NCBI RefSeq assembly: GCF_036417845.1 | Contig: NC_089978.1 | Location: forward strand, 20,902,000-20,965,999 | Direction of reading: 5' to 3' | From: Apteryx mantelli | Taxonomy: Eukaryota | Length of the DNA: 64,000 bases | Shown: positions 11,206 through 24,800 of the stretch, piece after piece | How the letters are laid out: each line of letters begins with the position of its first letter | Numbering within the stretch: the first letter of the stretch is position 1 | Notes under the pieces: model-generated | Seen by the model: the letters and a program-made list of their open reading frames with translations, nothing else | What the model was told of the DNA's origin: nothing | The model's database searches: none | Translations under genes and position numbers: made by a program

Positions 11206-13040
11206 GTAAATTCAATATATGTCCTGATGTGGTTTAATAATAATACTTGGCGTTTGAGCTAATGGAGAGTTGAAGACATAAGCATATTTCCAGAGTTGGT
11301 TTAGTCAGGGAATATATGCTCCATTTGAAATAGAAAATTACTCTAGTTTTTCCAGCCAGTGTAATTAATCCATCTTTTAACATACTAATTTATCTAAGCA
11401 GTAGATCTGCTTGCCATCAGCATAGTGTTAAATGTGGTTCATCATCCTCTTCCACTACCTGGATCAAAAAAATTGGGGTGTAGTCTTAAAACTGACAGAA
11501 TCTGTTTGTTAGCAGGAACACAAAAAACTCCAGAAGGGAGCATCTATCACCTGCTTGATGCTTTGATGGTAAATTGGATCTCTTACTGAGATCCTGGGAT
11601 GAAAAGACTCTTCTGTGCTCCCCCCCACACACATCCTAAAAGGAAGAACAGTTTATTTTGTTGTACTGGGAAAATTCAAAGACCTTTAAAAGAGTCTATG
11701 CTCCTCTTACTAGTTTCTTACATTTGGTGGAATTATCTGATATAAAAATTTCCCTTCCTGATAAACTTGCTGCATTTATATTTAGGCTATTTAAGTGAAT
11801 CTGCAAAAGAGATTACAAAAATTTTTGTCCAAGATGGTATGGTGGTGTTTCTCCCTTTCCTTCTGCAAGGCTTAACAAGCATAGGGAATTCACATCTTCT
11901 GTAAAGAACAATCATGATAGGCTTGTGGTTTCCTCAGTCACTTAACCCCCAGATCTTTCAGAATTTGGCTGCCTCCAAGAACTTCAGTTTTGAGCTTTGC
12001 AGTTTTTGAAGGCTTGTTTTTCACGTTTAATGCGTGGCTATACATACTGTCTCTAACAGGCTGCCTACAACGATTTATTCTGGATACTTGTTTTGCTGTG
12101 CAGGTACTAAGAACAGGTCTTTGTTTCCAGTAACTTACTGGGGCAAGTGTTAAATGTGTTTATCAAGTCACTCTTATAAAACCTTACGTGTTGGATGTTA
12201 CTTCAAAAAAATCTTGACACTTTATTCCTTTCTATGAGGATTTTTTTGTTTTGTTATTAAGATCATGGATGGAAAGCATAGATGAAAGTCCAGGTCTGAA
12301 ACAAATGGCCAGTTATCTTCTGAAAGGCCTCATGAAGATAGAAATTTTTCTGTTGTGCCTTCTTCTAATTCTTTTGAATTAGCTATTTGAAAATGAACAG
12401 CCAAGAGTACGTGTTGTTTGCGTTCCTCAAAGCAGAGGGTTTTTTTAGGCTTTCCTGTATCATTGTCAAGTCTTCAGTTGAGATGCCCTGAAATTCTTCT
12501 TGCAGACAGCTTTGAACAGCCTTGGACACTTATGCAGCTGGTACAGTGACTGCCTAACATATCTAAATAACAGTTTGGGGCAGGTTGTCTTAATTTACTG
12601 CATATCTGAAGTCTCATTTGAACTGAGATTTCTAGAAAAATAGACACTTTGAAGTGTTACTTTAGTCATTCTGAATACTTTGTAGAAACTCATTTATTTT
12701 GGTTAACAATTTTAAGAAACTTTGTAGTTACTATAATCTAGCAGAATACAGTTGTCTTTATAGATTTGTTGTTGTTGTTCTTGTTTTGACTTTATAATTT
12801 TTTCTAATTAAGTCCATTTGGAACCCTGAATGTCGGTGCTTCTATAGGATCTGGTGTGTAGTATTGCCAGGATAAAAATAAAATATTTCTGAAATGTGAT
12901 CCTAAGTTCCAAGTTCTGTTAGCTCTTAAAGGGCGAATACTTGAAAACGTCTTTTCTGAACTGTAACTAATTCTGGATTTTTTTAAAAATTAATTTCTAC
13001 AATTCTGCTTTCTTCAGTGTTTTGGTTTTGTTTTAAAGGG

Positions 13041-13067
13041 GTTGTTGTTGTTGTTGTTGTTGTCCAT
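13041..13067. repeat. (GTT)n microsatellite immediately upstream of the exon 13098 acceptor
   Basis: Read directly from the sequence: ggttgttgttgttgttgttgttgtcc. It is part of the polypyrimidine-like tract before the acceptor. Confidence 0.9.
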
Positions 13068-13097
13068 TCTTCCCCATTCTGCTCACTTTCTGCACAG

Positions 13098-13252
13098 GCT
13101 TGTAAAAGAGGAAATTCTGATATTGTGCGGCTTATGATTGAAAGTGGAGCAGACTGTAACATTTTGTCAAAGCATCAGAACAATGCACTTCATTTTGCTA
13201 AACAGTGTAATAATGTACTGGTATATGAGCAGCTCAAGAGTCACTTGGAAAC
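13098..13252 (+). CDS. MPHOSPH8: MPHOSPH8 coding exon (ankyrin): ACKRGNSDIVRLMIESGADCNILSKHQNNALHFAKQCNNVLVYEQLKSHLE(T)
   Basis: The acceptor is tgcacAG at 13096-13097 and the donor is AC|gtaagt at 13253. Translation matches human ACKRGNSDIVRLVIECGADCNILSKHQNSALHFAKQSNNVLVYDLLKNHLET. The exon ends in phase 2. Confidence 0.92.
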
Positions 13253-15261
13253 GTAAGTAAACTGTATTTTGAATTTTGTGTTTGTTCTGGTAAAGTTTGA
13301 AATATTGGACATGTCATCATTTTGGTTTAAGTCATGGGGAAAAAGGGACAACGCCAGAAAAAAACACAAATCTCTTTTGGGCAGAAAGCCAACTAATAAA
13401 TGATGTGAAATAAGTGATGTGAGCTAACAAGTGAATGAGTGGTTACTTAAACATTGAGTAAAAAGATGGAAAGGAGAAAAATGGAATTACTGAAAGCAAA
13501 AGACATTCCTCAAACTAGAAAGAAAGCAAATGGGAAATTTTTAAAAGTGCATAGACACAGGACAGGTCAATGTGAATTCTTATTAGGAACATACTAAATA
13601 AAACAGCTTGCTTGAAAGCAAAAAATCTGTGGGGAGTTTTTTTTTTCCCCTAAAAAACATGAAAAGTCTGAAGATAGGAGATAAAAATTAAGATGTTGCT
13701 GAATGTTAAGTTAGTTTTGAGCTGAGGGTTCAAGAACACTGTGCCAGAAAGGTGAAGCTTTCAAGACAGTAAATGGTAGAAGTAAAAATCTTAATCATTC
13801 AATAGAATGATTTAAGAGCTGTGCAACATACGTAGAATGTGGAGTGTTCGTGTGATATGTTCATGTAAAATACACTGAGTCAATTAATCTGGATGCCAAA
13901 GGGAGACAAAAATAGATGTGAGGAGAAAGAGTAAGCTCTTCTTTAAATATCAGTTTAAAAGTATACTGATGAGTTAACCTATTAGGTCAGAAAATCTTAA
14001 CCAACAGTCTCTAAACTTAGATAAGATTTAGAGATGGTCTTAGAGCTTTTGCATGAATGCATGTTTAGTGCCAGAGGAACACTGTCTCATTACACGATCC
14101 TTTTGTTGTTTTATGATAATTTTATCCTAATGATTTATCTGTATAATGCAATAGGATATCTAACAGGTAGTTTGTAGTCAAGCTTATTCTGCGATATTTT
14201 TGTATATAGAAAGCATTAGCTGATTTTTGTCTCTGATCTCTTGTTTCCCCATCAAGTAGTTTCTTAAATCTGTCCTGACAGAAACTGTCTGTTATGGTCA
14301 CTGATACTTGCTAGTATTCTATCTTGCATAGTTATAAAGGAAAAAGTACTACTAAAATACTGCATTTGAGCTTACTGCAATAAGGTCAGTAAGCAAACAC
14401 TCTGTTATGATATGACAGTTGCAGTGATGTTCCCAATGGAGGTCAGAGAGCCCTTCTGCAAGGCAGAGAAGTTTGTGGAACATTCTCAAAGTGAAATGTC
14501 AGTAGAAGATGTTTTAGTGAAAATCAGTAAAATCCAAATAAATACATTTCCAGGACCACCTGTGTATTCAACTGTGAATTCTAAAGTAACTCAGTTATGA
14601 AATTGCTGAAAATTAGATCACAATTTAAAAAAGAGAAAATAAATCATCCATCCAGATAAATGATTAAGTGACAGGCTTGAGACAGAAATATTTTTTTACA
14701 GAACAACTGAATTACGGATCTCATGATTGCAGAAAGTTGAACTCAAACATAGTGGAGTTCAGAAGGGATTAAGTGGGTCAGAAGAGAGGTATGATCTGGG
14801 TACAGTCTCTGATTGGGATGTCTCTAAATCAGTGACTGCTGGAAACTTGGGCTCTGTACCAAGAAAAAGACAACTTTTGTAACTTCCCATATTGCTTATG
14901 CTGTTTCCTCTAGCATCTGGAGACAAGAGCAGAGAGGCATTCTGAGCTGGCTTTGGTTCTTGTGGTTTCTTTCAGCTCAAACCCTTCAATTTTAGGTTCT
15001 GGAGATAATCTCAACTAGCATGAAGGAGAAGAGTGCTCTGAATAATAGCTGAAAAAGTTATAAAGCTGAGAGTCAGCACCTCCAGAGTATATAACCTTTG
15101 CCTTGAAAAAGCATTTAAAACCTGTTTGTGTGGAAAAAAGCTTGCCTAAGAGGATTATCTTGTAACCTGTTTGTAAAAGTGACAATTACTATTGGTTTGA
15201 TGTGGGCTCTCTTTTGAAGGCTAGGTTGCCTGCTCGAATCCAAAAAAAAGAAAAGTAAAAA

Positions 15262-15280
15262 AACAACAACAACAACAAAT
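15262..15280. repeat. (CAA)n microsatellite
   Basis: Read directly from the sequence: aacaacaacaacaacaa. Confidence 0.85.
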
Positions 15281-15858
15281 AAAACTTTAATTTGGCTCCA
15301 GCTCACCATTGACTGTTTAATGACAGCGTTGCTACTTTTAAACCGCATTTTAGTAGTGTTTAATTGGGAATTGCATTTCTCCCAGCTTAGTATCATCAGT
15401 AAAATTATACAGTGTTTTATTTATTTATTTATTTTTACATTGTACTTACAGTCAGGTCAACACAGCAGCCATGCTGGGGAGGCAGTTGTCTGTTCTGTGT
15501 AGCCACGGTGTACAGATCAATATTTCAGGGACACCTTTCTACATAAAGAGTTTTCAAAGCTTGTGGCTAGTGAGAATTTTTGGAATCTGCTGCAGTGCAC
15601 TTGTTTCAAATTTTTATCTTTGTGGACCTGATAGATGAATTTCACAAACAGATCACTGATAAAATGTTTATTAATAAAGTATTCAGGACCTGGGGTTCAT
15701 CTATGCATGAATGCTAGTGATGAAGGCATTCACTCCTGAAATCAGGAATCTAAAACAGGTACTCTAGAATCCTTTTTTGCTTCAGCCTTCATTAAATCTA
15801 TGTCTGGTAAAATAATTTTACTATATGAAGTACAAGCCTCACTTGTTTACTTGTTTAG

Positions 15859-16013
15859 GCTCTCAAGAGTAGCAGAAGATACCATCAGGGATTATTTTGA
15901 AGCTCGTCTTGCTTTGCTGGAGCCAGTCTTCCCAATTGCATGTCATCGTCTCTGTGAAGGGCCAGACTTTTCTACGGATTTTAACTATAAACCCCCACAA
16001 AATGTGCCAGAAG
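15859..16013 (+). CDS. MPHOSPH8: MPHOSPH8 coding exon: LSRVAEDTIRDYFEARLALLEPVFPIACHRLCEGPDFSTDFNYKPPQNVPE(G)
   Basis: The acceptor is tgtttAG at 15857-15858 and the donor is G|gtagtt at 16014. The translation is near-identical to human LSRVAEETIKDYFEARLALLEPVFPIACHRLCEGPDFSTDFNYKPPQNIPEG. Confidence 0.92.
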
Positions 16014-17421
16014 GTAGTTTAAAAATATATATATATTACTGTCTGCCTTTCAAGTACTTACATGTTAAGGGTGCTCTTTATAATCAAAGATTACAGATTG
16101 TAGGAGTTGATAGTGGGAGGCACTGTTTTAGGGAGAGGAGGAGCAATGTTTTGATGCATCATGGGTGGGTTTTGTGTGGTGTTCCCACCCCCAAGAGTTG
16201 GTGCTGCCACACAGGGCAGCTTCTCTTCCGTTTATGGGTTATACTGGCTCTGTGACAATATTATAAGTGGTTTACCTTAGAAAGAATAATTTTGAAAAAT
16301 CTTAATTAAGAGCGTACTTCCAAAATAAAGTAGTGGATCATCTTGTTTTGTGTACAGTGCCTAACACACTGCTGTCTTGGAGTACAGTAAGGGCACTGTT
16401 ACAGTACACAGTCTAGAAGTACTGTAAAAAACAAGCCAGTGTCAGTTTGTTGTTCGGAGACAGCTAGCTCTGTTTTGCCCTTAGGCCCCTGTGGAAAAGC
16501 TAGGAATCATGTTTTTGAGATGTTTCGGAATGTTCCCTCGTTCTGTCAGGAATCCAGATAACAATCTCTGCTCAACTTGCCTGAGCCTTTCTTTTTTTAA
16601 TTCACCTTTTGAGTGTATCAGGGAGGGAGAGTCTGTATCTACTGATACTGATTTTCTCTAAATAATACATTATTTTGACTGAATTGTTACTTAAAGGTTG
16701 TAAGTGGTTGTGTTAGTCCATTTTTCTATTTAGGAACTGGAGTATGAGTTTCAGTGTTTTCCAATTCTTGATTAGATATCCTTTATAGCATTGAGAAACA
16801 TCATATTTGTTCATGTGTTAAATACATCAAGTTTCTCTTAAGAGTATTGAAGATTCTTGTGCATTAAATTTCAGCGCAGTTCCTAAAAATCTGCAATTGT
16901 TTAGATTCAGTTTCCCTTCCTGAGAGAAAAGACAGCCCAGGCTACATTAAATTTTACAACTGTCTCAAACCTAAAAACATGGAGGTGAGGTACGCATGAG
17001 AATTGCTATATCCATTTTGCTTTTTCTTCTAGTAGCCACACAAAATTATTCTTGCTGCCAGAAGACCTTGACTTAGTGACAAAGGCAGTTGTGTTCTGTG
17101 CTTGGGGTTTCCTGGCTTGGGAGACTGGAATTCTGGTAGTTCTGAACTGCATTAATTGCTTAGATGCTGCATTGAGTTCAATATTTATACTACAAAAAAA
17201 AGATTTAAAAGAAGTATCCAGTGTATTGGTTTTAGTATGTAGTGTGCAGTCCTGTGTAGTTTTGAGGGGGAAAAATAAAAAAAAAAAAAACCAGCTCTTC
17301 AGAAATGACAAGGAGCTACAGTACCTGTGTAGGTTGTCTTCAAAAGTTTAGTGTATGCAATTCTAAATCCTGGGTCTTGTTTCAGGGGCATGTGACCTAA
17401 TTAATTGTCTTCCTTTCCTAG

Positions 17422-17549
17422 GATCTGGAATTCTTCTGTTTGTTTTCCATTCAAATTTCTTCGGTAAAGAAGTCATTGCTCGGCTCTGTGGACCATGCAG
17501 TGTACAAGCTGTGGTTTTAAACGATAAATTCCAGCTTCCTGTATTTTTG
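17422..17549 (+). CDS. MPHOSPH8: MPHOSPH8 coding exon: (G)SGILLFVFHSNFFGKEVIARLCGPCSVQAVVLNDKFQLPVFL
   Basis: The acceptor is ttcctAG at 17420-17421 and the donor is TTG|gtaaat at 17550. Translation matches human SGILLFIFHANFLGKEVIARLCGPCSVQAVVLNDKFQLPVFL. Confidence 0.92.
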
Positions 17550-18155
17550 GTAAATCTTCCCATATAACTAATTGACTGTTTTATAAAATCTTTATAGAAA
17601 ATCTGGGTACTTTTAGATCCTTAATTTGGATTTTGAGTATTGTAATGCAGCATTTGTTTATCATGATTTGGCCAGGGGCTATTACACAAAACTTAATTTT
17701 GCTTTGTATATGGAGGGGAACTGCAAACCTTGCAGATACTAGATTCTATAAAAAAAAAAATTTGCTTTAAAAGGCAGGGACATCAGAATTCAGGGTTTGA
17801 GCAGGCAGGTGACATTTCTGAATTTAAAAGCTGTCTTACTTCTCAAATTCACCCAGCCTCTCAAATTTTTGATTCAGGCAATTTCTTCAGTGTAAGTACT
17901 TTGTACTGTTTTAACAACCTTCCCTATATTTCTAATGATTTCTGTTTGTTTCTTTTTTTTTTCTTCTATTAAATGCATCACTATGCACACTTTTTCAAGT
18001 CTTCTTGTTTTCTCTGTGGTTGCACCAAGTTTTTGCAGTATTCAGGACTTTCTTTCAAAAATGTATAGGTTAAATGTCATGTTTTAAAGTCCACTCATAT
18101 AGCATAATTGGCCGCATCCTGTCATTAACTTGGTCCATTTTCTTTTTCCTTTTAG

Positions 18156-18239
18156 GATAGTCACTTTATTTATTCCTTCAGCCCTACTGCAGGCCTTAAC
18201 AAGCTTTTTATACGGTTGGCAGAAGCTCCTACTGCCAAG
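18156..18239 (+). CDS. MPHOSPH8: MPHOSPH8 coding exon: DSHFIYSFSPTAGLNKLFIRLAEAPTAK
   Basis: The acceptor is cttttAG at 18154-18155 and the donor is AAG|gtacaa at 18240. Translation matches human DSHFVYSFSPVAGPNKLFIRLTEAPSAK. Confidence 0.9.
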
Positions 18240-19151
18240 GTACAAAATGCTCTCAAAATATGTATGTTAATTTGTCGTGCAATAACTCCTCCATAGTCAT
18301 AAGTGCTTCTAGTTGTATGGTGTAAAAGTAAAACTACTTAGGATTTCTCAGTCTCCTCAACCCTGTTCCCATCAGTTATGGTTCTGTCCTGTGACGTTGC
18401 CAGAACTCAGAGGGGAGCATTACTGAGGATAATGTTAGTTCCATCATAAGTAAACATTTTCCTGCTGTAACAAGAATAATTCTTGAGCCAAGATAAAGTA
18501 ATGTTACAGTTGAAAATTCTTTCTGTCTGTATTGCAAATTTAACAACTAACAGATGCATGGAGTGTCATTTGTCCTTCTGCATATAGCAGCAGACACACT
18601 GCTTCTGTGATTAGAAGAACTTGGAAGCGTTTACTAAAATACGCAATATGCTTTTAAATAGTCTGCATAGTCTGTTGTATGCTTCCAGGTGACTCTGGCA
18701 GTAGTCCCAACAGATGTTACAAGATGAGTAACAGGTTCTGTTCTGGTAACATTATCCACAGAAGATATGCCTGTAAATCTTTAGATCTTCTGAATTAAGA
18801 CTTCCCTTATTCTTAAACTTTAAAGTACTTAGTATTATTTAAAAAAAAATGTATTCAAGTAATCAGTATACATACGCAAATAGAAGTGTGCATGTGTCTC
18901 CAGTTCAGATTTGGAGTCAACTGTTAAACACCTACTAATGTAGTAGTGTTTATTTGAATCTTTTTTCCCCAAGGCTGAATTTTTTTTATTATTATTATTA
19001 TTGTTAAGTGCAGATTGTAAGTAACTTTTGCTTGCCCAGTCACTAGCAATTGTATATATACCTTTTCTCATGCTATTCTTATACTAGCAGAGGTTTTTAA
19101 TACAGGTACATGAGAACAATTTTTATGTGAAACCTTTGTTTGCTTTTACAG

Positions 19152-19193
19152 GTAAAGCTGCTAATAGGAGCCTACAGAGTGCAGTTGCAGTGA
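19152..19193 (+). CDS. MPHOSPH8: MPHOSPH8 terminal coding exon: VKLLIGAYRVQLQ* (TGA at 19191-19193), followed by the 3' UTR
   Basis: The acceptor is ttttacAG at 19150-19151. Translation is identical to the human MPP8 C-terminus VKLLIGAYRVQLQ, followed by a stop codon. Confidence 0.9.
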   Translation, partial: VKLLIGAYRVQLQ

Positions 19194-20605
19194 CCTCAAA
19201 GTTGCAAGCGTGTTGAGTGAACTGACTTTTTTTGGATATACTTCTGATTCCTCTGTTTAGAGACTGACAAAGCAGTTTGGAACTTTTTGGCACCACACTC
19301 TTAAAACTAAGTTCCCATCTCATTGTCATTCATTGGCAGTCATATAGGAAAGTATGTGTTGGAGAGCAGGTGAATATGCTACACTGGTGGAACAGGGTTG
19401 TCCGTTTGTTTTGTTTTTTGTTTTTTCACTTTGTACAGATGTAGATGTAAGTATTCGTGCCAATACATATAATGCTGTTTTTCTTTAACTTGTGGAGTCC
19501 AGACTGCGTATTTCAGCTTTTCCACAATGTGGAATGGTGCATATAAGAACTATTTAAGGTAACTAAATGAAATGTCTTTTTTAATAGAAAGATCTTTTCC
19601 ATTTGTAAACTAAAATTTTCTACTTGTCTTAACTCATTGTTTCTATGTAAAATGCAGAACTGTCATATTCTTAGAGCTATGGGTGGAATTACAGTTTGAA
19701 GTTACTGCATTAGACTTGACTGTGAATTGCTAGGGGCTGTGTTCTGGTTTGAAGCGCTTTCTACTATGAGAAAGCAGTTATGCTTAGTGATTCCCTTTGG
19801 ACAGCCACAGTTAAGTCTGTTTGCAGGCATGAACAAAAAGATCTGAATAGGCTTAATTCTTAGAGGATCGCAGTCAGAGTCCTAGTTATATCAGTGTTTT
19901 AAAACTACTTTTGTATTAGAGAAGCAACTGATAGTTTTACAGATATCTTAACTTTTGAGTTCTTAATCAAGTGACATACAGGAGTACAAACACAAGCTGA
20001 AAAGAGTAAACCAGAAAACTTGTACCTACCTTAAATGTGTAGGCAATGCTTTTTGTAGACAAAAAGATGCACAGAGGATTTCAGATGGTCTAAACCTGAC
20101 AGATGAGAACGTGTACTGCCCTCGAATTCAAATATTCAGTTCCTCAGTGCAAAGAGCTGCTATATTTTTTTAATTTAACTAACTGACCCATTTTATCAGC
20201 TGACAGCAGTTCTGTAATGGTTCTGTGCTATAAAATACAAATGTAAAACTTCAGCATGAAGTATAGAATATTTTTGTTTGTAAATTAAACAACCTCTTGA
20301 AAAGTAAAAAGATCCAGATTGTGCCTTTGCTGTTCTGGTTACCAGGTGTAGTTTACATGCCGCTCTGTGCCTATATTGTTAACAAAACTATTGTGGATAA
20401 ATTCTTACTGTATTTGAGTGCTCACCATCAAAATGGTGCAAATGTATTATGTATCCTTTTAAGAACTGTGACTTTTTAATGTAAAGTTCAGTGAACCAAT
20501 TTTTAAATTTTGGTTCTTGGAAGTTTAAAACTTTCATATTAAGAGATGCCAAATTACAGTAACTAAGCACACTATTTCAATTTTGTGGAATGTCACATGA
20601 AGCTA

Positions 20606-20611
20606 AATAAA
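20606..20611 (+). terminator. MPHOSPH8: Candidate MPHOSPH8 polyadenylation signal (AATAAA), about 1.4 kb past the stop codon
   Basis: This is the first canonical AATAAA on the + strand after the stop codon that I found by eye. The 3' UTR length is plausible, but I have no transcript evidence. Confidence 0.2.
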
Positions 20612-23094
20612 ACTAGAACAGCAACATGACATATAAATACTCATTTCTACTTTCATTTAAAATAGTTGCCTATCTTTTTGCTTAAACAGTATTGATGCGA
20701 TATGAACAAGTCTGTTTTTGAACAGACTTGTTACCAACACCTCTTTGAAATATGCTAAATACCTCATTGTTTTGCTAAAGCATAAACACCTGAGATTCAA
20801 GAACAAGCACTGGTTGAGAATCAGGTATGTCACTACCAGCACTTGGGAATTTTGTGTAGCTGCATTTCTTTGTAGTCACTGTTCATGAATTTTTAAACTT
20901 AGGTATTATGAAATAATCCTGAAAGATTAATAAGGATAGGGTATATTCTTAAGTGTTTCCTTATGTTGGAGTGACAGTTTTTGTGTATTGTGATTACCCA
21001 TTCCTTAGTTATTCCTGCATTGTACATCTAACAGTATAGTGCATGTGTGATAAATTGTGTATAGCACACCTCAGTGATAAGTTTGAGCTGTTCAAGGACT
21101 GTAAAAGGTGGGGACAAAAGGTTTTTGAAGAAATGTCCGTACAATAATTTAGTGGCTATTTAGATACTGTTGTACAGTCTAACCTAAAAACTTCAGTAAT
21201 GCTCCAAGAGTTGTCATAGTAACTAGCTTGTCCCAGGTTGTATTGAGGCTTGAGGAAGGGAGGGAGGAGTTTTACAGGCAAGAGGAATAAAATTGAGTTC
21301 AAGATGCTCTTATTAAAGGATGGTTTTTGCAGCCGTCTTTCTCTTTGGTTGGTGATATAAAGATCCCTGCAGAAGATGCATAAAAGGCATACTGAAAAGG
21401 TGTTTGAAGCTGTTTTGTCCAATTTACTAAATGTTTTTAACCCACCTGCTCAAAAAAAGTTTTGGTGGACAAAGAATGAAGAGAAAGTAGCTACAATAAA
21501 AGCCAATTCTTTAGGCACTGTGGAGAAATACTTTTGAAGTACTTGCTCAGTTTCTTCTTGCTGCTGTCAATCAGCAAGGCAAGGTACCTGGGGTAACTAT
21601 AAACTGCAATGGCAATAAATTGTTCTGAAGGCTTGGATTCAGTATCTTTCACTGCTGCAACATAAGTACTTGCGTTCCTGGCTTGCTTCAGAGATACGGG
21701 GAGTTGGTGGATGGCACTAGCTGACTCTCACAGGTTTTCTGTGCTTTCAGCACTCATTTTAAAAAGGAGATGTTTTATGATCACTCTGGATGGAAGGAAG
21801 CTGTTTCAAGACATAACCAGATGGAGAAGTTAATGAGTCCCTGAGACAGTATAGTCTGCAGCAGCAGTCTCAGCCAGCTAGGATTGCTTAAAGTGTCTGA
21901 GGGTTGTTCTAATAAGTTCTAGTCTACACACTTTTACTGGGAGACCTAAAGACACACTTTGGGCCAAACTATCTTATGATATTATCTTAAAGATAAGTCT
22001 TGGGCATTCTAGTAATGGATATTTTTCTGTTATGTTCATATTAATCCTACTCCATTATAGTTGTAGGTGTTTTCAGTAAGGTGAAATAGAGAGAAGGGAC
22101 ACAAAAATCAGTCTTTGAGCTGAAGTAATGATTTTAGTATTACCACAATGGCTGTCTCCAGCTTCCATGGTTCTCATTTCAACATCTGCCTTTCCTTATA
22201 ATATTGGAAAATATCCAGTATAAAATCTCTTTCCATCAGGTTAGTCTTCCAGGTAGGTATCTGTCTATCATGGGAGCCTAGATAGGGCTTCTGTAGGAAT
22301 GGCATTCTGCAGGTACTTCAGTCTTGCTTTCTGAGGAAGGATACACAGGTGAACACAGCTTATAAATGTTGATAATGGCATTAGGCAACTACCCCAGAGT
22401 ACAGAGAGATAGCTGTTGAACTCCCACAGGGTCTCTCAAAAAAATAGGCCCTACTGCTGTACCATGGCTCAGAAACAGGGTGCAGGAGGGAGAAAGGGGG
22501 AGAGTTTTAGAACTTTCTCCAGAAGGCAGAGCTGTTAATGGGGTCTCATAGTTCTTTCACATTCTGGGCTATAAAGAGCACCTTTTTCTAAGCTATGGGT
22601 GTGGTATGAGCATGAATGGCAAGCCTTAAATCCTGCCACTTTGAGGATGCCTCAGTTTTTCTCTATGATGTCCCTTAGACGTGGGAAAATGTTTTTCAGA
22701 TCTTGAACCTGCCTTTAATCATTGTTTTTTCCCTTTCAACCAAACAGCTTAGGGAAAAAATATAAAAAACAGATGGAAGACATTATTGGCCCAGACAGCT
22801 TGAAGCACATGTTTGAACAGGAGTGGGTTAGCAGTGAAAATGAAGGAAGAAGAAAGAAAGAAAAAATAAAAGACTTTACACCTTTCTCGGTTTTCTTACA
22901 AAAAACAGTAGAGAAATTAGGGTAGGAAACAGCCCTCTGGAAAAAAAAATCTCAAGGGGGTAGCCAGGAGGAAGTGTGGGACAGAGGGAAGTCACTATTC
23001 TACTTACTTCAGACTTCAAAGAGAGCAGTTGCAGTCAACCATTTTGCGAAGGCAAAAAAGTTTGAGGTACTTTGCAGCATAGCTATGAATGTGA

Positions 23095-24800
23095 CTTTTC
23101 ACAGAATGGTTGAGGTTGGAAGGGAGCGCTGGAGATCATCTAGTCCAACTCCCCTGCTCAAGCAGGATCACCTAGACAATGTTGCCCATGATTGTGTCCA
23201 GATGGCTTTTGAGTATCTGCAAGGAAAGAGACTCCACAACCTCTCTGGGCAACCTGTTCCAGTGCTCTGTCACCCTCACAGGAAAGAAGTTTTTCCTCTT
23301 GTTCAGATGGAAGTGTCTGTGTTCCAGTTTGTGCCCGCTGCCTCGCATCCTGTCAGTCGGCACCACTGAAAAGAGTCTGGCCCCATCCTCTTGACACCCT
23401 CCCTTCAGATACTTGTACACGTTGATAAGATCTCCTCTCAGCCTTCTCTTCTCCAGGCTAAACAGGCCCAGCTCTCTCAGCCTTTCCTCATAAGAGAGAT
23501 GCTCCAGGCCCCTAATCATCTTTGTAGCCCTTTGCTGGACTTGCTCCAGTAGTGCCACATCCCTCTTGTACTGGGGAGCCCAGCACTGGACACAGTACTC
23601 CAGATGTGGCCTCACCAGGGCTGAGTAGAGGGGGAGAATCACCTCCCTCGACCTGCTGGCAACACTCTTCCTCATGCACCCCAGGATACCATTGGCCTTC
23701 TTGGCCACAAGGGCACATTGCTGCCTCATGCTTAACTTGGTGTCCACCAGCACTCCCAGGTCCTTCTCGGCAGAGCTGCTTTCCAGCAGGTCAACCCCCA
23801 ACCTGTATTGGTGCCTGGGGTTATTCCTCCCTAAGTGCAGGACCCTGCACTTGCCTTTGTTGAACTTCAGGAGGTTCCTCTCTGCCCACCTCTCCAGGTC
23901 TCTCTGAATGGCAGCACAGCCCTCTGGCGTATCAGCCACTCCTCCCACTTTTGTGTCATCAGCAAACTTGCTGAGGGTGCGCTCTGCCCCTTCATCCAAG
24001 TCACCGCTAGCTACAGGCCGCCAACTAGACTCTGCACCGCTGATCACAACCCTCTGAGCTCTGCCATTCAGCCAGTTCTCAATCCACCTCGCTGTCCACT
24101 CATCTAGCCCACACTTCCTGAGCTCGCCTATGCGGATGTTATGGGAGACAGTGTCAAAAGCCTTGCTGAAGTCAAGGTAGACAACATCCACTGCTCTCCC
24201 CTCATCTACCCAGCCAGTCATTCCATCAGAGAAGGCTATCAGATTGGTTAGGCATGATTTCCCCTTGGTGAAGCCATGCTGACTACTCCTGATCACTTTC
24301 TTGTCCTCCACATGCTTGGAGATGGCCTCCAGGATGAGCTGCTCCATCACCTTTCCAGGGATGGAGGTGAGGCTGACTGGCCTGTAGTTCCCTGGGCTGC
24401 CCTCCTCCTTGCCCTTTTTGAAGACTGGGGTGACACTGGCTTTCTTCCAGTCCTCAGGCACCTCTCCTCCATGACCTTTCAAAGATGATGGAGAGTGGCT
24501 TAGCAATAACGTCCGCCAGCTCCCTCAGCACTTGTGGGTGCATCCCATCAGGGCCCATGGATTTGTGGGTGCCAAGTTTGCTTAAATGATCTCTAACCCG
24601 ATCCTCCTCGACCAAGGGAAAGTCTTCCTTTCTCCAGACTTTCTCTCTTGCCTCCAGGGCTGGTCTTACCAGTAAAGACTGAAGCAAATGCAGCATTCAG
24701 TGTCTCTGCCTTTTCTGTATCCTTTGTGACCACGGCTCCTGCCTCATTCAGCAGCAGGTCCACATTTTCTCTAGTCTTCCTTTTGTTACCACTGTATTTA
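23095..24800 (-). mobile_element. CR1 (chicken repeat 1) LINE, 5'-truncated, with ORF2 reverse-transcriptase region and 3' end
   Basis: A 444-aa minus-strand ORF (23172-24506) carries RT motifs ([39 protein letters not shown]) and the characteristic CR1 ORF2 C-terminus (…[31 protein letters not shown]). A frameshifted N-terminal continuation (24454-24696) matches [30 protein letters not shown]. On the + strand the 3' end shows the typical 'tcacagaatggttgaggttggaaggga' sequence. Confidence 0.85.

Noticed and set aside
22974-23369. 131-aa plus-strand ORF (…[64 protein letters not shown]…)
   Set aside because: It is the antisense strand of the CR1 ORF2 C-terminus and 3' region. It is a well-known spurious ORF present in thousands of CR1 copies in birds, not a host gene.
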